Positions 8,565 through 18,336 of a stretch of 64,000 bases of DNA are shown piece after piece. Position numbers and translations under genes: made by a program. This DNA is from Candidatus Synechococcus spongiarum SP3 (GTDB taxonomy: Bacteria; Cyanobacteriota; Cyanobacteriia; PCC-6307; Cyanobiaceae). Position 1 is the first letter of the stretch. The number at the start of each line of letters is the position of its first letter. The DNA lies in assembly GCA_001007665.1 (NCBI GenBank), contig JXQG01000002.1, positions 14,639 to 78,638 of the forward strand, in the 5' to 3' direction. Under the pieces are notes generated by a model, which saw nothing but the letters and a program-made list of their open reading frames with translations, made no database searches and was not told where the DNA came from.

Positions 8565-10127
8565 ATGCGCTGGTATTCCGTGAAGTCCTTGGCCGCCCAT
8601 GGCCTCTGCAGTGCCGTGGCGCTGTTGGCGGCATTGGCCGCCCCCGCTGCCATGGCGCAGGCGCAGGGTCTGGAGCAGAGCACCCAGCGGCCCCAGACCC
8701 TGCACCCCCTCCCCGGCCAGTTGGATCCAACCCTGCTCTTCAACGACAACAACCCGGAATCCATCAAGGCCAGCGGCATCCTGCTCTCCACCTTTTCTCC
8801 CGTGGGTCGATTCCATCCGGAGGCCCATCTGGATCAGCAGTTCGTGGGCAACTTCACGGTGTTCAGCCACCATGTCTACGCCCGCCCAGCCCACGGCGCC
8901 ACCACGGCCTGGCTGGCCCTGCTGGCGGGCAATGCCGCAGATCGGCCCATCACCGTCACAGCGCAGCAGGCCGCCACGGCCCTGAGCCAGCCGGATGCCC
9001 CGTTTTTGCCGCTGCCCAGCTTCCTGGAAGAAAACCTGAGCCTGGACAGGGCCGGAGACCATGGGGACACCGCGGCCAGCTCTCCCCCTGCGCCCCTGTC
9101 CGCAGTAGCGGCGGCACGGCTGGATCAGGAACCTCTGCGCCGTGGCCTTGCGGGGCGCGGGGCCGTCTACGCCGGTCCCGGCTCCCGGGTGGCTGGCGTC
9201 CTGCTGCGGGGGTGCAGCACCCCCGACTTGCCCTCCAGTTGGCGCCTGCCTCCCCACACCACCCAACCCCTCCTGGTGTTACCCATTCCCACCACCCACC
9301 TGAATCCCCCTGTGAACGGTCGCACCACCCAATTGCGGCTCCACAGCTCCGGTCCTGTGGCCATGGCCATGGTGGTGGCGCTCCAGGATGAACCACCCCA
9401 CCTGTCCACCTTGCTGGGGCTGCTGGATGGTCCCCTCAGCCCCAAGGGGCATCAGCCCACACCCCCCGGCCATGACGGCGGGATTGTCTATTCCCGGGTC
9501 AGCGGGGTGCAGCGGGGCGCCCGTTGGCAGGCGCGGTTGACAGATCCGGGCCGGGACGTGCTCTCGGTGCGCTCGGTTCCCGTGGGCTGGCCCATCAGCG
9601 CCCTGGTGGGTGGCACCATGACCACAGGGCAAGTCCAGACGGCCCCTCTGGCGACGTTTTATCCCGGCACCGCCTGGGCCGCCCATGGCAACTACGGGGT
9701 TGAGTACCACCTCACCCTGCCCCTGCTGAACGACACCCCGGAGCCGGTAGCCCTGCAACTGGCCCTGGAGAGCCCCCAGGAGCGGGAACCCCAAGCCGGT
9801 GTGGTGGCCCTGGCGGCGCCCTCTCCCACCACGCCGGTGCGGTTCCGCGGTCCCGTGGCGGTGCAGGGGCTGGACGGCCCCCCACGGGAGCGGGTGTTCC
9901 ATCTGGTGCAGCGCCGTGGGCAGCCGGGGCCGCTGCTGGGCGCCGTCACCCTGGCTCCAGGGGAGGAGCGCACCGTGGTGGTGCGGCTCATCTACCCCGC
10001 TGATGCCACCCCGCCCCAAGTGCTCAGCCTTCTGCGCGCCCACACCCTGACTCCGGATCCCCACGCCGGCGACCCGCGCCACGTGGACGTGGATGCCTTG
10101 ATTGCGCCTCTGTTGGAGGGGGCTTGA
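8565..10127 (+). CDS. Exported conserved hypothetical protein
   Basis: 520-aa ORF with a signal peptide (LCSAVALLAALAAPAAMAQAQG). Overlapping ORFs in other frames look like high-GC artefacts. I do not recognise a catalytic motif. Confidence 0.5.
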   Translation: MRWYSVKSLAAHGLCSAVALLAALAAPAAMAQAQGLEQSTQRPQTLHPLPGQLDPTLLFNDNNPESIKASGILLSTFSPVGRFHPEAHLDQQFVGNFTVFSHHVYARPAHGATTAWLALLAGNAADRPITVTAQQAATALSQPDAPFLPLPSFLEENLSLDRAGDHGDTAASSPPAPLSAVAAARLDQEPLRRGLAGRGAVYAGPGSRVAGVLLRGCSTPDLPSSWRLPPHTTQPLLVLPIPTTHLNPPVNGRTTQLRLHSSGPVAMAMVVALQDEPPHLSTLLGLLDGPLSPKGHQPTPPGHDGGIVYSRVSGVQRGARWQARLTDPGRDVLSVRSVPVGWPISALVGGTMTTGQVQTAPLATFYPGTAWAAHGNYGVEYHLTLPLLNDTPEPVALQLALESPQEREPQAGVVALAAPSPTTPVRFRGPVAVQGLDGPPRERVFHLVQRRGQPGPLLGAVTLAPGEERTVVVRLIYPADATPPQVLSLLRAHTLTPDPHAGDPRHVDVDALIAPLLEGA

Positions 10128-10131
10128 GGGG

Positions 10132-11256
10132 GTGTTGTGGAAGAATCCAGAGTTACCGCAGCGTCACAGGCCCGTGAGCGACACCCGGCGACCCATTTTC
10201 CCCTTCACCGCCATCGTGGGGCAGGAGGAGATGAAACTGGCCCTGCTCCTCAACGTGGTGGATCCCCGTATTGGCGGGGTGATGATCATGGGGGATCGGG
10301 GCACCGGCAAATCCACCGCCATCCGCGCCCTGGCGGCCCTGCTGCCGGAGATTGCCGTGGTGGCGGGTGATCCCTGCAACAGCAGCCCCCAGGACCCGGA
10401 CCTGATGAGTGCCGAGGTGTTGCAACGGCTGGAGCAGGGGGAAGCCCTGCCCACCGAGCAACGGCAAGTGCCCATGGTGGACCTGCCCCTGGGGGCCACG
10501 GAAGACCGCCTCTGCGGCGCCATCGACATCGAACAGGCCCTGAGCAAGGGGGTGCGGGCCTTTGAGCCGGGCCTCCTGGCCCGGGTGAATCGGGGTATCC
10601 TCTACGTGGACGAGGTGAACCTGTTGGACGACCACTTGGTGGACGTGCTGCTGGATGCCGCCGCCTCGGGCTGGAACACCGTGGAGCGGGAAGGGGTGTC
10701 CGTGCGCCACCCGGCCCGGTTTGTGCTGGTGGGATCCGGCAACCCGGAAGAGGGTGAGCTGCGCCCCCAGCTTCTGGATCGCTTTGGCTTGAGCGTGGAC
10801 GTGCGCACGGTGCGGGAGGCGGAGTTGCGGGTGCGGATCGTGGAGCAGCGCAGCCGTTTTGACGGGGATCCCCAGGGCTTCTGCCAGATGCAGCAGAGCC
10901 AGCAACAGGCCCTCCAGGAGCGCATCAGCCAGGCCCGTGAGCGCCTCGATCAGGTGCAGTTGGACGGGGAACTGCGCCTGGCCATCTCCAGGGTGTGTGG
11001 CGAGCTGGACGTGGACGGTCTCCGGGGAGACATCGTGGGCAATCGCGCCGCTCGGGCTTTGGCGGCCCTGACGGGCCGCGACCAGGTGGAGGAAGACGAC
11101 GTGGCGCGGGTAGTGTGCTGCTGCCTTCGCCACCGCCTGCGGAAAGATCCCATGGAAACCGTGGATTCGGGTGCGCGGGTGGTCAAGGCCTTCTGCAAGG
11201 TGTTCCAACGGGCTGAGCCGGAGACGCTCGAACCGTTTCAACTGGCCCTCACCTGA
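10132..11256 (+). CDS. chlI: Magnesium chelatase ATPase subunit I
   Basis: FPFTAIVGQEEMKLALLLNVVDPRIGGVMIMGDRGTGKST (Walker A), ILYVDEVNLLDDHLVD (Walker B) and the arginine-finger region. The start is uncertain: GTG at 10132 or GTG at 10174. The track ORF opens at 10102. Confidence 0.95.
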   Translation: MLWKNPELPQRHRPVSDTRRPIFPFTAIVGQEEMKLALLLNVVDPRIGGVMIMGDRGTGKSTAIRALAALLPEIAVVAGDPCNSSPQDPDLMSAEVLQRLEQGEALPTEQRQVPMVDLPLGATEDRLCGAIDIEQALSKGVRAFEPGLLARVNRGILYVDEVNLLDDHLVDVLLDAAASGWNTVEREGVSVRHPARFVLVGSGNPEEGELRPQLLDRFGLSVDVRTVREAELRVRIVEQRSRFDGDPQGFCQMQQSQQQALQERISQARERLDQVQLDGELRLAISRVCGELDVDGLRGDIVGNRAARALAALTGRDQVEEDDVARVVCCCLRHRLRKDPMETVDSGARVVKAFCKVFQRAEPETLEPFQLALT

Positions 11257-11267
11257 CGGCTGGAACG

Positions 11268-11753
11268 GTGAAAGTTCTGGGCATTGATCCTGGGCTGGCG
11301 CAGGTGGGCTATGGCGTGGTGAACACCGCCGACCCCATGGCCCTGCTGGCCTGTGGCGTCATCCGCACCCGACCCGGCCCCAGCCCGGGGGAGCGCATGG
11401 TGGAAATTGCCCGGGATCTGCGCAAGTTGGTGCGACAACACCGCCCCCAGTTGGCGGCGGTGGAGAAGTTTTTCTTCTACCGCTCCAGCAACACCATTGC
11501 CGTGGTGCAGGCTCGGGGTGTGGTGCTCATGACCATGGCCCGTCTGCGGGTGCCCACGTTGGAGTATGCCCCCACTCAAGTGAAGCGGACCCTCACCGGT
11601 GATGGCCATGCGGACAAGGAACAGGTGCTGAACGCGGTGATGAGGGCGTTTTGCCTGGACCATCCACCCCGGCCCGATGACGCAGCTGATGCCGTCGCCG
11701 TGGCCCTCACCGCCAAGTTTCACCAATTCCATGACGACCGACAGCAAGGGTGA
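11268..11753 (+). CDS. ruvC: Crossover junction endodeoxyribonuclease RuvC
   Basis: VKVLGIDPGLAQVGYGVV at the N-terminus and a C-terminal DAADAVAVAL motif. Length is 161 aa. Confidence 0.9.
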   Translation: MKVLGIDPGLAQVGYGVVNTADPMALLACGVIRTRPGPSPGERMVEIARDLRKLVRQHRPQLAAVEKFFFYRSSNTIAVVQARGVVLMTMARLRVPTLEYAPTQVKRTLTGDGHADKEQVLNAVMRAFCLDHPPRPDDAADAVAVALTAKFHQFHDDRQQG

Positions 11754-12345
11754 GTGGCGCCGTCTGTTGCGCCAGCGCCGCCGCCGCTTGACCCATGGGC
11801 AACGGCAGCAGCAGGCCCAGGCCATGGCCACCCACCTGCTGGAGCAGGTATTGCCCCAACTGAACACAAACGGGCTGGTGGCCGGCTATGTTGCCCTGGC
11901 CGCTGAGCCGGGCCTCACGCCCTACCTGTACGGGAAGGTTGACCTGGCCTTGCCCATGGTCTGCCAGGGTCGGCTCCACCTGCGGCGTTGGGACCGGGGA
12001 GATCCTCTGGAGCCGGACGACTGCGGTGTGCCGGCGCCACGGGCCACCACTCCGGTGGTGGAGCCCAGCGCCGTTGCCCTGCTGCTGATCCCCGCCGTGG
12101 CCATGCACCCGGATGGGTTCCGCCTGGGCTATGGCGGCGGCTGGTACGACCGCCTGCTGAGCCAGCCCGTCTGGGCCCAACGCCCCAGCTTGGGGGTGTG
12201 CTTTTCCTGTTGCGCCAGCATTCCCTTTGCGGTGGACTTCTGGGACCGCCCCCTCCACGGCCAACTCACGGAAAAGGGGGTGCATTGGTGGCGGCATCCC
12301 CGGACAGGAGAGCCGGACGCCTGGAAATTTTGCGGTGAATGTTAA
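11731..12345 (+). CDS. 5-formyltetrahydrofolate cyclo-ligase
   Basis: LLIPAVAMHPDGFRLGYGGGWYDR signature. ATG at 11731 (MTTDSKGEWRRLLRQRRR) is preferred over the upstream ORF start at 11677. Confidence 0.8.
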   Translation: MTTDSKGEWRRLLRQRRRRLTHGQRQQQAQAMATHLLEQVLPQLNTNGLVAGYVALAAEPGLTPYLYGKVDLALPMVCQGRLHLRRWDRGDPLEPDDCGVPAPRATTPVVEPSAVALLLIPAVAMHPDGFRLGYGGGWYDRLLSQPVWAQRPSLGVCFSCCASIPFAVDFWDRPLHGQLTEKGVHWWRHPRTGEPDAWKFCGEC

Positions 12346-12660
12346 AAAAGTCACACTCCTGCTCCCCACTGGTTCACACTGAACCAAGTATTGAGCATCT
12401 CCCCGCACCAATGGCGCAGGTATCACGGAAAGTCTCCAAAGAAGGTTCTACAGGTGCAGGCCGGCATTCCTTCCCAGCCAAAGTTCTTCAGGAAGAACGC
12501 AACCTGACCCGCGCCAGCCACCCCGCCTTGGCCATGATGGTGAGTTCCATGGTGAACATGGTGCAGAAGGGACGCCAGGACAGTCGCCACATCTGATCCC
12601 TTTCTTGGCCATACTGGCCTGACGGACTCTGATCCACAAGACCTGATCGATAAGGGAAGC

Positions 12661-13089
12661 ATGGCGGCGACCGGCAGCAGGACGTTGGATCAAATGGTGG
12701 AGCGGCTGGCAGGGGCTTCCGACCCCAAGCGCCGCTATGCCTACGTGCTCTGGCTGGCCCGTAAGCTGCCGGTGGCAGAGCCCAGCCTCTTCTGTGAGGA
12801 CAATCGTGTGCGGGGCTGTATTTCCCAGGTCTATGTGCGGGGAACGCTCCAGGAGGGAAAGCTTCACTGGCGGGGAGACTCCGATGCGCAGATCACCAAG
12901 GGGTTGTTGGCCCTGTTAATCGAGGGAACGGAGGGATTGAAGCCCCAGGTGCTGGCGGCTATGAGCCCGGCGTTCATCAAAGAAACAGGCCTTCAAGCCA
13001 GCCTCACCCCCTCCCGCGCCAACGGCTTTCTGAATATCTTCAAGACCATGCAAGCCCAGGCCAAGCTGTTGGCCACTGCTCCTCTGTAG
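12661..13089 (+). CDS. sufE: SufE-like cysteine desulfuration protein
   Basis: RYAYVLWLARKLP...NRVRGCISQVYV (conserved Cys) ...GDSDAQITKGLLALLIEG. Confidence 0.85.
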   Translation: MAATGSRTLDQMVERLAGASDPKRRYAYVLWLARKLPVAEPSLFCEDNRVRGCISQVYVRGTLQEGKLHWRGDSDAQITKGLLALLIEGTEGLKPQVLAAMSPAFIKETGLQASLTPSRANGFLNIFKTMQAQAKLLATAPL

Positions 13090-13310
13090 GCCCAGGTGTT
13101 GCGGGTCGCAGAGCGTCAGGTCAGCGAAAATCGGACGTTCGATATCATCCTCGCCAATACCGCCCGGCTACAGCACATGCTCTGGAAACTGCGACCACCT
13201 GTTGACAACACAACATGGGATCCGTGGGCATGGGCTGCTCCTGGCCACAGTGATCCCTCACGTGTTCTCATATGCTTCCCTCAAGACGGACGGGGAGGCA
13301 GACGATGGAC

Positions 13311-13538
13311 TCAGGGCCTGGACGCCAGGAGACTCTCAACCACCCGGTCCAGCTTGTCTCCCAGAGCCTTGAGTTCTCCCTTGACCTCCGAGATGGCCTC
13401 CCGCAGCCTCACCTCGCTGGCTTTCATCTCCTCCCGCAGCCTAATTTCACTATCCTTGATTTCGCTTTTCAGGAACTGGCAGGCGGCCAATAACAGCCCT
13501 CCAAAGGCCACCAGCAGCCCCCCAAAGGGGATCAGCAC
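13311..13538 (-). CDS. Small N-terminal-TM plus coiled-coil protein (paralog family, copy 1)
   Basis: MLIPFGGLLVAFGGLLLAACQ (TM) is followed by heptad-like EIRLREEMKASEVRLREAISEVKGELKALGDKLDRVVESLL. Its C-terminus is homologous to the ORF at 62622-62921. Confidence 0.5.
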   Translation of the reverse strand: MLIPFGGLLVAFGGLLLAACQFLKSEIKDSEIRLREEMKASEVRLREAISEVKGELKALGDKLDRVVESLLASRP

Positions 13539-13539
13539 G

Positions 13540-14509
13540 GAATAGTTGCTGGATGGCCGCCTGGGGATAGAGCTGCGTGCGGTGCTCCGTTGCCTGGCTA
13601 CGGAACTCCACCACCGTGCGATTATGGGAGTTCAGCTTCTCTTCCACGCCACGAACGACATCCATCATCCGTCCCGTGAATTTTGCTTCGTCCAAGACAC
13701 CGTCCGCCAGAGTGGGGCCATTCAACTTCAGGAATTGCACATAGGCGCCGGGGAGAAAGTTCGTGGGCTGGTTGGCAAGGGCCAGCACCCCCAGGGGGGT
13801 GGGGGTGGGTTCATCGGGGCTGAGAATTATCCGGGTGCTGGCCAATCGCTCTTCCGGTGTGCGTCCATTGTCGTCCAACACCTCGGCTGCTACAGCGGCA
13901 GGTAAGTAATTTTCCTTGTATCAGGACAAGTCCAGGTCGGCTATGGTCGCACCGTGGCAGGGTTGGGCATCAAACGGCTGATCCCGAAAGCGACGCTTTT
14001 CATTCAGAATCTGCTCGTCCTGGGCCGTGGCAACACCCCGGCGAGGACCGGAGCGAACACAGATGCGGCCGTCACACCGCACGGGTGGTGAGTCCGCAGG
14101 CCATACGGTGACCACGGCCACATCCACACCCTTGAGGTTTCGCTTCTGCACCAACAAGGTGGGCGGGGGGAGGATCTTGCCGTCGGTTTTGATCTTCGGT
14201 GAGTTGCACCAGAAGCTGGTCCTTAATGGGCAGCCCACATGGTGTGCCATCGTCTTGGACACCTGCAAAGAGCACACCGGGGTGGTTGTGGTTGGCCAGG
14301 TCGTTGGCGAAGGCGCAGACCGCTTCAGTACCGTTCCTCCGGGCATTCCCGGTCCAGGCCTGCTTGAATTCCACCCAATCATTTTCCCCGCCTGTTAGCA
14401 TTGGTGGTCTTGCAAGCATAGCCCACGCCGGGCATGCCCTGAGGGCATCCAATTCAGATCCAGGGGCAAAGCTGATGCAACCGGCGCAGGCGGACAGGTG
14501 CTCATCCAT
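13540..14509 (-). pseudogene. AlbA_2 (Schlafen-like DNA-binding) domain protein, frameshifted and 3'-truncated
   Basis: GENDWVEFKQAW..AVCAFANDLANHNHPGVLFAGVQDDGTPCGL lies in frame 1 (14072-14593 ORF). ..VAVVTVWPADSPPVRCDGRICVRSGPRRGVATAQDEQILNEKRRF..ATIADLDL lies in frame 2. ..LDDNGRTPEERLASTRII..YVQFLKLNG..MDVVRGVEEKL lies in frame 3. The reading frame stops where the coiled-coil gene begins. Confidence 0.6.
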
Positions 14510-14514
14510 AGGAT

Positions 14515-14976
14515 TCAGACCTTGCCGCGACGGCGCCCGAACCAGCGATCCACCTTCCGGCAGCAGGACTGGTAAGGCTCGCCGAATCGCCATTGCATCG
14601 CATTCTCCTCAAACGCGATGTACCAGTACCGAACGATAAGCGCGAACACCGCGCTCAGGACCAGGGCCGGGGGCGTAGCCGATAGGAGTGCAGCACCGAA
14701 TGCCGCAAGGACCAGGCCGAGGTACATGGGGTTTCTGCTGATACTGAAGAGCCCTTCTGTCATGAGCTCATCAGGCTCCTCAAACGTGTCGATATTGGCG
14801 CCGATGCGCTGAAACTGGCGCTTCGCGGTAACGGAGATGCCGACACCCGCGACGGCAAGTGTCACTCGCACCAGGGGAGCCAAGGCCAGCCGAACGTGGC
14901 CAGGGGTAACAATTACATCGACCGCCATGATTGCGGCAATTGCGATCAAGAACAATTTCGGCGGATTGATGCGCAT
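14515..14976 (-). CDS. Isoprenylcysteine carboxyl / phospholipid methyltransferase-family membrane protein
   Basis: Multi-TM 153-aa ORF with LFSISRNPMYLGLVL and a C-terminal EE..M...FGE.Y region typical of the ICMT/PEMT family. Confidence 0.7.
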   Translation of the reverse strand: MRINPPKLFLIAIAAIMAVDVIVTPGHVRLALAPLVRVTLAVAGVGISVTAKRQFQRIGANIDTFEEPDELMTEGLFSISRNPMYLGLVLAAFGAALLSATPPALVLSAVFALIVRYWYIAFEENAMQWRFGEPYQSCCRKVDRWFGRRRGKV

Positions 14977-15071
14977 AGTAATACATAACGGTCAGCGGAG
15001 TTGACTTTGAATAGAGACACCTGATACCAGCCATAAGGTCTCGCCTTCTATCGCAAAAGGAACTGCGAGTG

Positions 15072-15404
15072 TCAGGCATTTTTGTGCTGGCTCGCTTCCC
15101 GCTGAATGACGGCGCCCGCCACACCAGAAAATACGCTCATGCCACTGGTGCGCAGAATGGGATCCTCGTTTGTAACGGCAACAAGAAGCTCTCCCCCAGC
15201 CAAGGAGACCAGGAGACACGTCCCTGTCCAGAGCTCGGCCCAGAACCGGTTGTGTCCATGGGCTTGGTCACGATCTTGACGGTCCTCTTGCCGTACTTCT
15301 CGCCACTCTCTTCCTTGTGAGGAGACAGGGGTTTTTGTGTCCAGGTCAAGCGGCGCATTTTCAGCCTTTGTCTTTGGGGTCATGGCTCCGGTGCTGGATC
15401 TCAA
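15072..15404 (-). CDS. Hypothetical protein with a charged N-terminal half and a hydrophobic C-terminal half; translationally coupled to the RHH gene
   Basis: 110-aa ORF whose start overlaps the RHH stop by 4 nt. It has hydrophobic segments FWAELWTGTCLLVSLAGGELLVAV and GMSVFSGVAGAVI. I recognise no family. Confidence 0.35.
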   Translation of the reverse strand: MRSSTGAMTPKTKAENAPLDLDTKTPVSSQGREWREVRQEDRQDRDQAHGHNRFWAELWTGTCLLVSLAGGELLVAVTNEDPILRTSGMSVFSGVAGAVIQREASQHKNA

Positions 15405-15634
15405 AGACCAGTGACCTCGGTCTTGCTGTGGGCATCTTCCAGGAAGACACGGAGAGGGGATTCAGGATCTCTGCCCTCCTGATCCAGTTGCCGGTTTTTT
15501 ACCGCGATGTAGAGGCGCATGGCGCGGTGGAAGACTTCAGCACGGTGCTTGCCAAGGCGCTCTGCCAGTTTGCCCATGTCCTCATCCATTTTCGGATCCA
15601 TGCGGACCTCGTACCAGCGCTCTTTTGTAGCCAT
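15401..15634 (-). CDS. Ribbon-helix-helix (CopG/antitoxin-like) protein
   Basis: MATKERWYEVRMDPKMDEDMGKLAERLGKHRAEVFHRAMRLYIAV shows a beta-strand/helix/helix RHH pattern. The internal ATG at 15634 is preferred to the ORF start at 15718. Confidence 0.55.
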   Translation of the reverse strand: MATKERWYEVRMDPKMDEDMGKLAERLGKHRAEVFHRAMRLYIAVKNRQLDQEGRDPESPLRVFLEDAHSKTEVTGL

Positions 15635-15759
15635 GGGGGCAACAGAGGCAAAGCTAACTCCATGTCTCTCACAAAAAGGAGCTGTTGAAGAGCGGTCGAT
15701 ATTCCCTCCCGGCCCCATGGCTTGCTACGCTCGGAGGTGTTTGCCAGCGGATGCGAGCC

Positions 15760-16482
15760 ATGCCCTACAGGCGCGTCCTGCTGAAACTCAGTGGCGAGGC
15801 TCTCATGGGGGAGCAGAGCTACGGCATCGACCCTTCCGTGATCCAGCGCATTGCGGCGGAGATCGCCGGGGTGGTGGCCCAGGGCACGGAGATGGCTGTT
15901 GTGGTGGGGGGCGGCAATATCTTTCGGGGTCTGAAGGGGGCGGCGGCGGGCATGGATCGGGCCACGGCGGATTACGTGGGCATGTTGGCCACGGTGATGA
16001 ACGCCATGGCCCTGCAGGATGCCCTGGAGCGCATGGAGGTGCCCTGTCGGGTACAAACCGCCATTGCCATGCAGGAGGTGGCGGAGCCCTACATCCGCCG
16101 TCGGGCCATGCGTCACCTGGAGAACGGGCGGGTGGTGATCTTTGGTGGCGGCTGCGGTAACCCCTTCTTTACCACGGACACCACAGCGGCGCTACGGGCG
16201 GCGGAGATCGGCGCCCAGGTGGTGTTCAAGGCCACCAAGGTGGATGGGGTCTACAACAAGGATCCCGCCTGCTTCAGTGATGCGGTTCGCTACGAGACGC
16301 TAAGCTTTCAAGACGTGTTGCGGGGGGAGTTGGCGGTGATGGACAGCACCGCCATTGCCCTGTGCAAGGACAACCGCATCCCCATCCTGGTCTTCAACCT
16401 GTTCCAGGTGGGTAACATTGCCCGTGCCATTGCCGGGGAGCCGGTGGGCACCGCCGTTCATCCGGAACGGACACCCTGCTGA
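15760..16482 (+). CDS. pyrH: UMP kinase
   Basis: [18 protein letters not shown]...[11 protein letters not shown]...[13 protein letters not shown]. Confidence 0.95.
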   Translation: MPYRRVLLKLSGEALMGEQSYGIDPSVIQRIAAEIAGVVAQGTEMAVVVGGGNIFRGLKGAAAGMDRATADYVGMLATVMNAMALQDALERMEVPCRVQTAIAMQEVAEPYIRRRAMRHLENGRVVIFGGGCGNPFFTTDTTAALRAAEIGAQVVFKATKVDGVYNKDPACFSDAVRYETLSFQDVLRGELAVMDSTAIALCKDNRIPILVFNLFQVGNIARAIAGEPVGTAVHPERTPC

Positions 16483-16525
16483 GCGGATTTATGGTTCACC
16501 AGTGCCTGATCCCATCAACGTCGTC

Positions 16526-17068
16526 ATGGACCTGGAATCCCACATGGAAAAGTCGCTGGAGGCCACCCAGCGCAACCTGAACACCATCCGCACAGGCCGG
16601 GCCAACCCCAACCTGTTGGACAAGGTGATGGTGGAGTACTACGGCTGTGACACACCACTGCGTTCCCTGGCGGGCATCACCGCCCCCGACTCCCAGACCC
16701 TTCAGATTCAGCCCTTTGACGTGAGCGCCATCCGCGCCATCGAGAAGGCCATCCTCAGCTCAAACCTCGGCCTGACGCCCGGCACCGAAGACGGCAAGCT
16801 CATCCGCATCGGGATCCCTCCCCTCACGGAAGAACGCCGCAAGGAACTGGTGAAGCTGGCGTCCGGCTACATCGAGGAAGGCAAGGTGGCCCTCCGTAAC
16901 TTGCGTCGGGAGGGGATTGACCGGATCAAGAAGCAGGAAAAAGCGGGTGACCTGTCCGAGGATCAATCCCACGACGCGCAAGACGACGTTCAAAAGCTGA
17001 CGGCCCGCTGCATTCAGCGCCTCAACACCATGCAGAAGGACAAGGAGAAAGACATCCTCTCGGTTTGA
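16526..17068 (+). CDS. frr: Ribosome recycling factor
   Basis: [23 protein letters not shown]...[14 protein letters not shown]...RNLRREG...LTD. Length is 180 aa from the ATG at 16526. Confidence 0.95.
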   Translation: MDLESHMEKSLEATQRNLNTIRTGRANPNLLDKVMVEYYGCDTPLRSLAGITAPDSQTLQIQPFDVSAIRAIEKAILSSNLGLTPGTEDGKLIRIGIPPLTEERRKELVKLASGYIEEGKVALRNLRREGIDRIKKQEKAGDLSEDQSHDAQDDVQKLTARCIQRLNTMQKDKEKDILSV

Positions 17069-17074
17069 TCCCCC

Positions 17075-18250
17075 TCAACTGGCTGAGAGGGCCAGGGGAG
17101 CGCCCAGGGCAGAACGGATTTCCTCCGGCTTGAGGCAACCGTCGTGGTCTGTATCCAGGGCATCAAATACCGCATCGGTGCCCAGCCACTCTTCACGGGT
17201 GATGGTGCCGTCCCCATCCAGATCGTTGAGCAGGAAAATCTCCTGCGCCGCGTGGGCAAAGGCTGCTTCCCCCTCCAGCACCGCCAGGCGGTGGCCCAGC
17301 TGGGCCTCCAGGGCTTCAATTGCCTTGCTGAACCCGCGGATCCCCTCATCCAGCTTCTCGGACGCCATGGCATCCGCAGCCATCAGGTCCGCGAAGCTGC
17401 ATTCGTTCACCTGGAGTCTGCTGCTGGGTGCATCCGTCAGGTTGGCCGGATCCAATTTACGGACCAGCGGCCCCTCCTTGCGCCCCAGTTGATCCAGGAA
17501 TTTTGGCGCAATGGTGAGCAGGTCACAGCCAGCCAGTTCGATGATTTCCTCCACGTTGCGGAAGCTGGCCCCCATCACTTGGGTTGAGTGGCCAAAGGTT
17601 TTGAAGTAGGTGAAGATCTGGGTGACGGAGAGCACGCCAGGGTCTTCCGGACCAGGGTAGCTCTGGCGACCGGTCCGCTTTTTGTGCCAATCCAGGATGC
17701 GGCCCACAAAGGGGGAAATCAGGGTCACCCCGGCTTCGGCACAGGCCACGGCCTGCGCCAGGCTGAACAGCAGGGTGAGGTTGCAGTGAATGCCTTCCTT
17801 CTCCAGCACCTCCGCTGCCTTGATCCCCTCCCACGTGGAGGCGATTTTGATCAGCACCCGCTCCCGGCTGATGCCGGCGGCTGCATAACGCCCAATGAGT
17901 TGACGGGCCTTGCTGATGGTGGCCTCCGTGTCGTAACTGAGACGGGCATCCACCTCGGTGGACACCCGGCCGGGAACCACCTTGAGGATTTCTTCCCCAA
18001 AGCGGACGCTGAGTTCGTCAATGGCTTCGCTAACCACCTCCTCTGCGGGGGCCGCTGTGCCAATGACCTGGCGGGATTGCCGCAGGGTGGCGTCAATCAG
18101 GCCCTGGTCGCCCGGAAGCTGGGCAGCGGCCAGGATGAGGGAAGGGTTGGTGGTGGCTTCCTGGGGGGTGAGGCGACGAATTGCCTCCAGGTCACCAGTG
18201 TCGGCCACTACGGTGGTCATGACAGACAACTGCTCCAGCAAAGAGGCCAT
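17075..18250 (-). CDS. tal: Transaldolase with a C-terminal EF-hand pair
   Basis: [40 protein letters not shown].. is followed by [12 protein letters not shown] and [12 protein letters not shown] Ca-binding loops at the C-terminus. Confidence 0.9.
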   Translation of the reverse strand: MASLLEQLSVMTTVVADTGDLEAIRRLTPQEATTNPSLILAAAQLPGDQGLIDATLRQSRQVIGTAAPAEEVVSEAIDELSVRFGEEILKVVPGRVSTEVDARLSYDTEATISKARQLIGRYAAAGISRERVLIKIASTWEGIKAAEVLEKEGIHCNLTLLFSLAQAVACAEAGVTLISPFVGRILDWHKKRTGRQSYPGPEDPGVLSVTQIFTYFKTFGHSTQVMGASFRNVEEIIELAGCDLLTIAPKFLDQLGRKEGPLVRKLDPANLTDAPSSRLQVNECSFADLMAADAMASEKLDEGIRGFSKAIEALEAQLGHRLAVLEGEAAFAHAAQEIFLLNDLDGDGTITREEWLGTDAVFDALDTDHDGCLKPEEIRSALGAPLALSAS

Positions 18251-18336
18251 GGGAAAGAGAGAAGTGAGGGACCGTTTCAACGCTAGCCATGATGGAAGCC
18301 ATAACCAGAAGCCACCAGAATCCCTAAAGCCTTCCC

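Noticed and set aside
10153-11241. 362-aa minus-strand ORF
   Set aside because: It is fully antisense to chlI, whose translation is unmistakable. The product is low-complexity and His/Gly/Pro-rich.
12339-12660. 85-aa ORF or possible small RNA in the spacer upstream of sufE, including the ggttca-cac-tgaacc hairpin at 12369-12383
   Set aside because: The ORF has no motifs or plausible coding bias. The hairpin is short and lacks a U-tract, so there is not enough evidence to call a feature.
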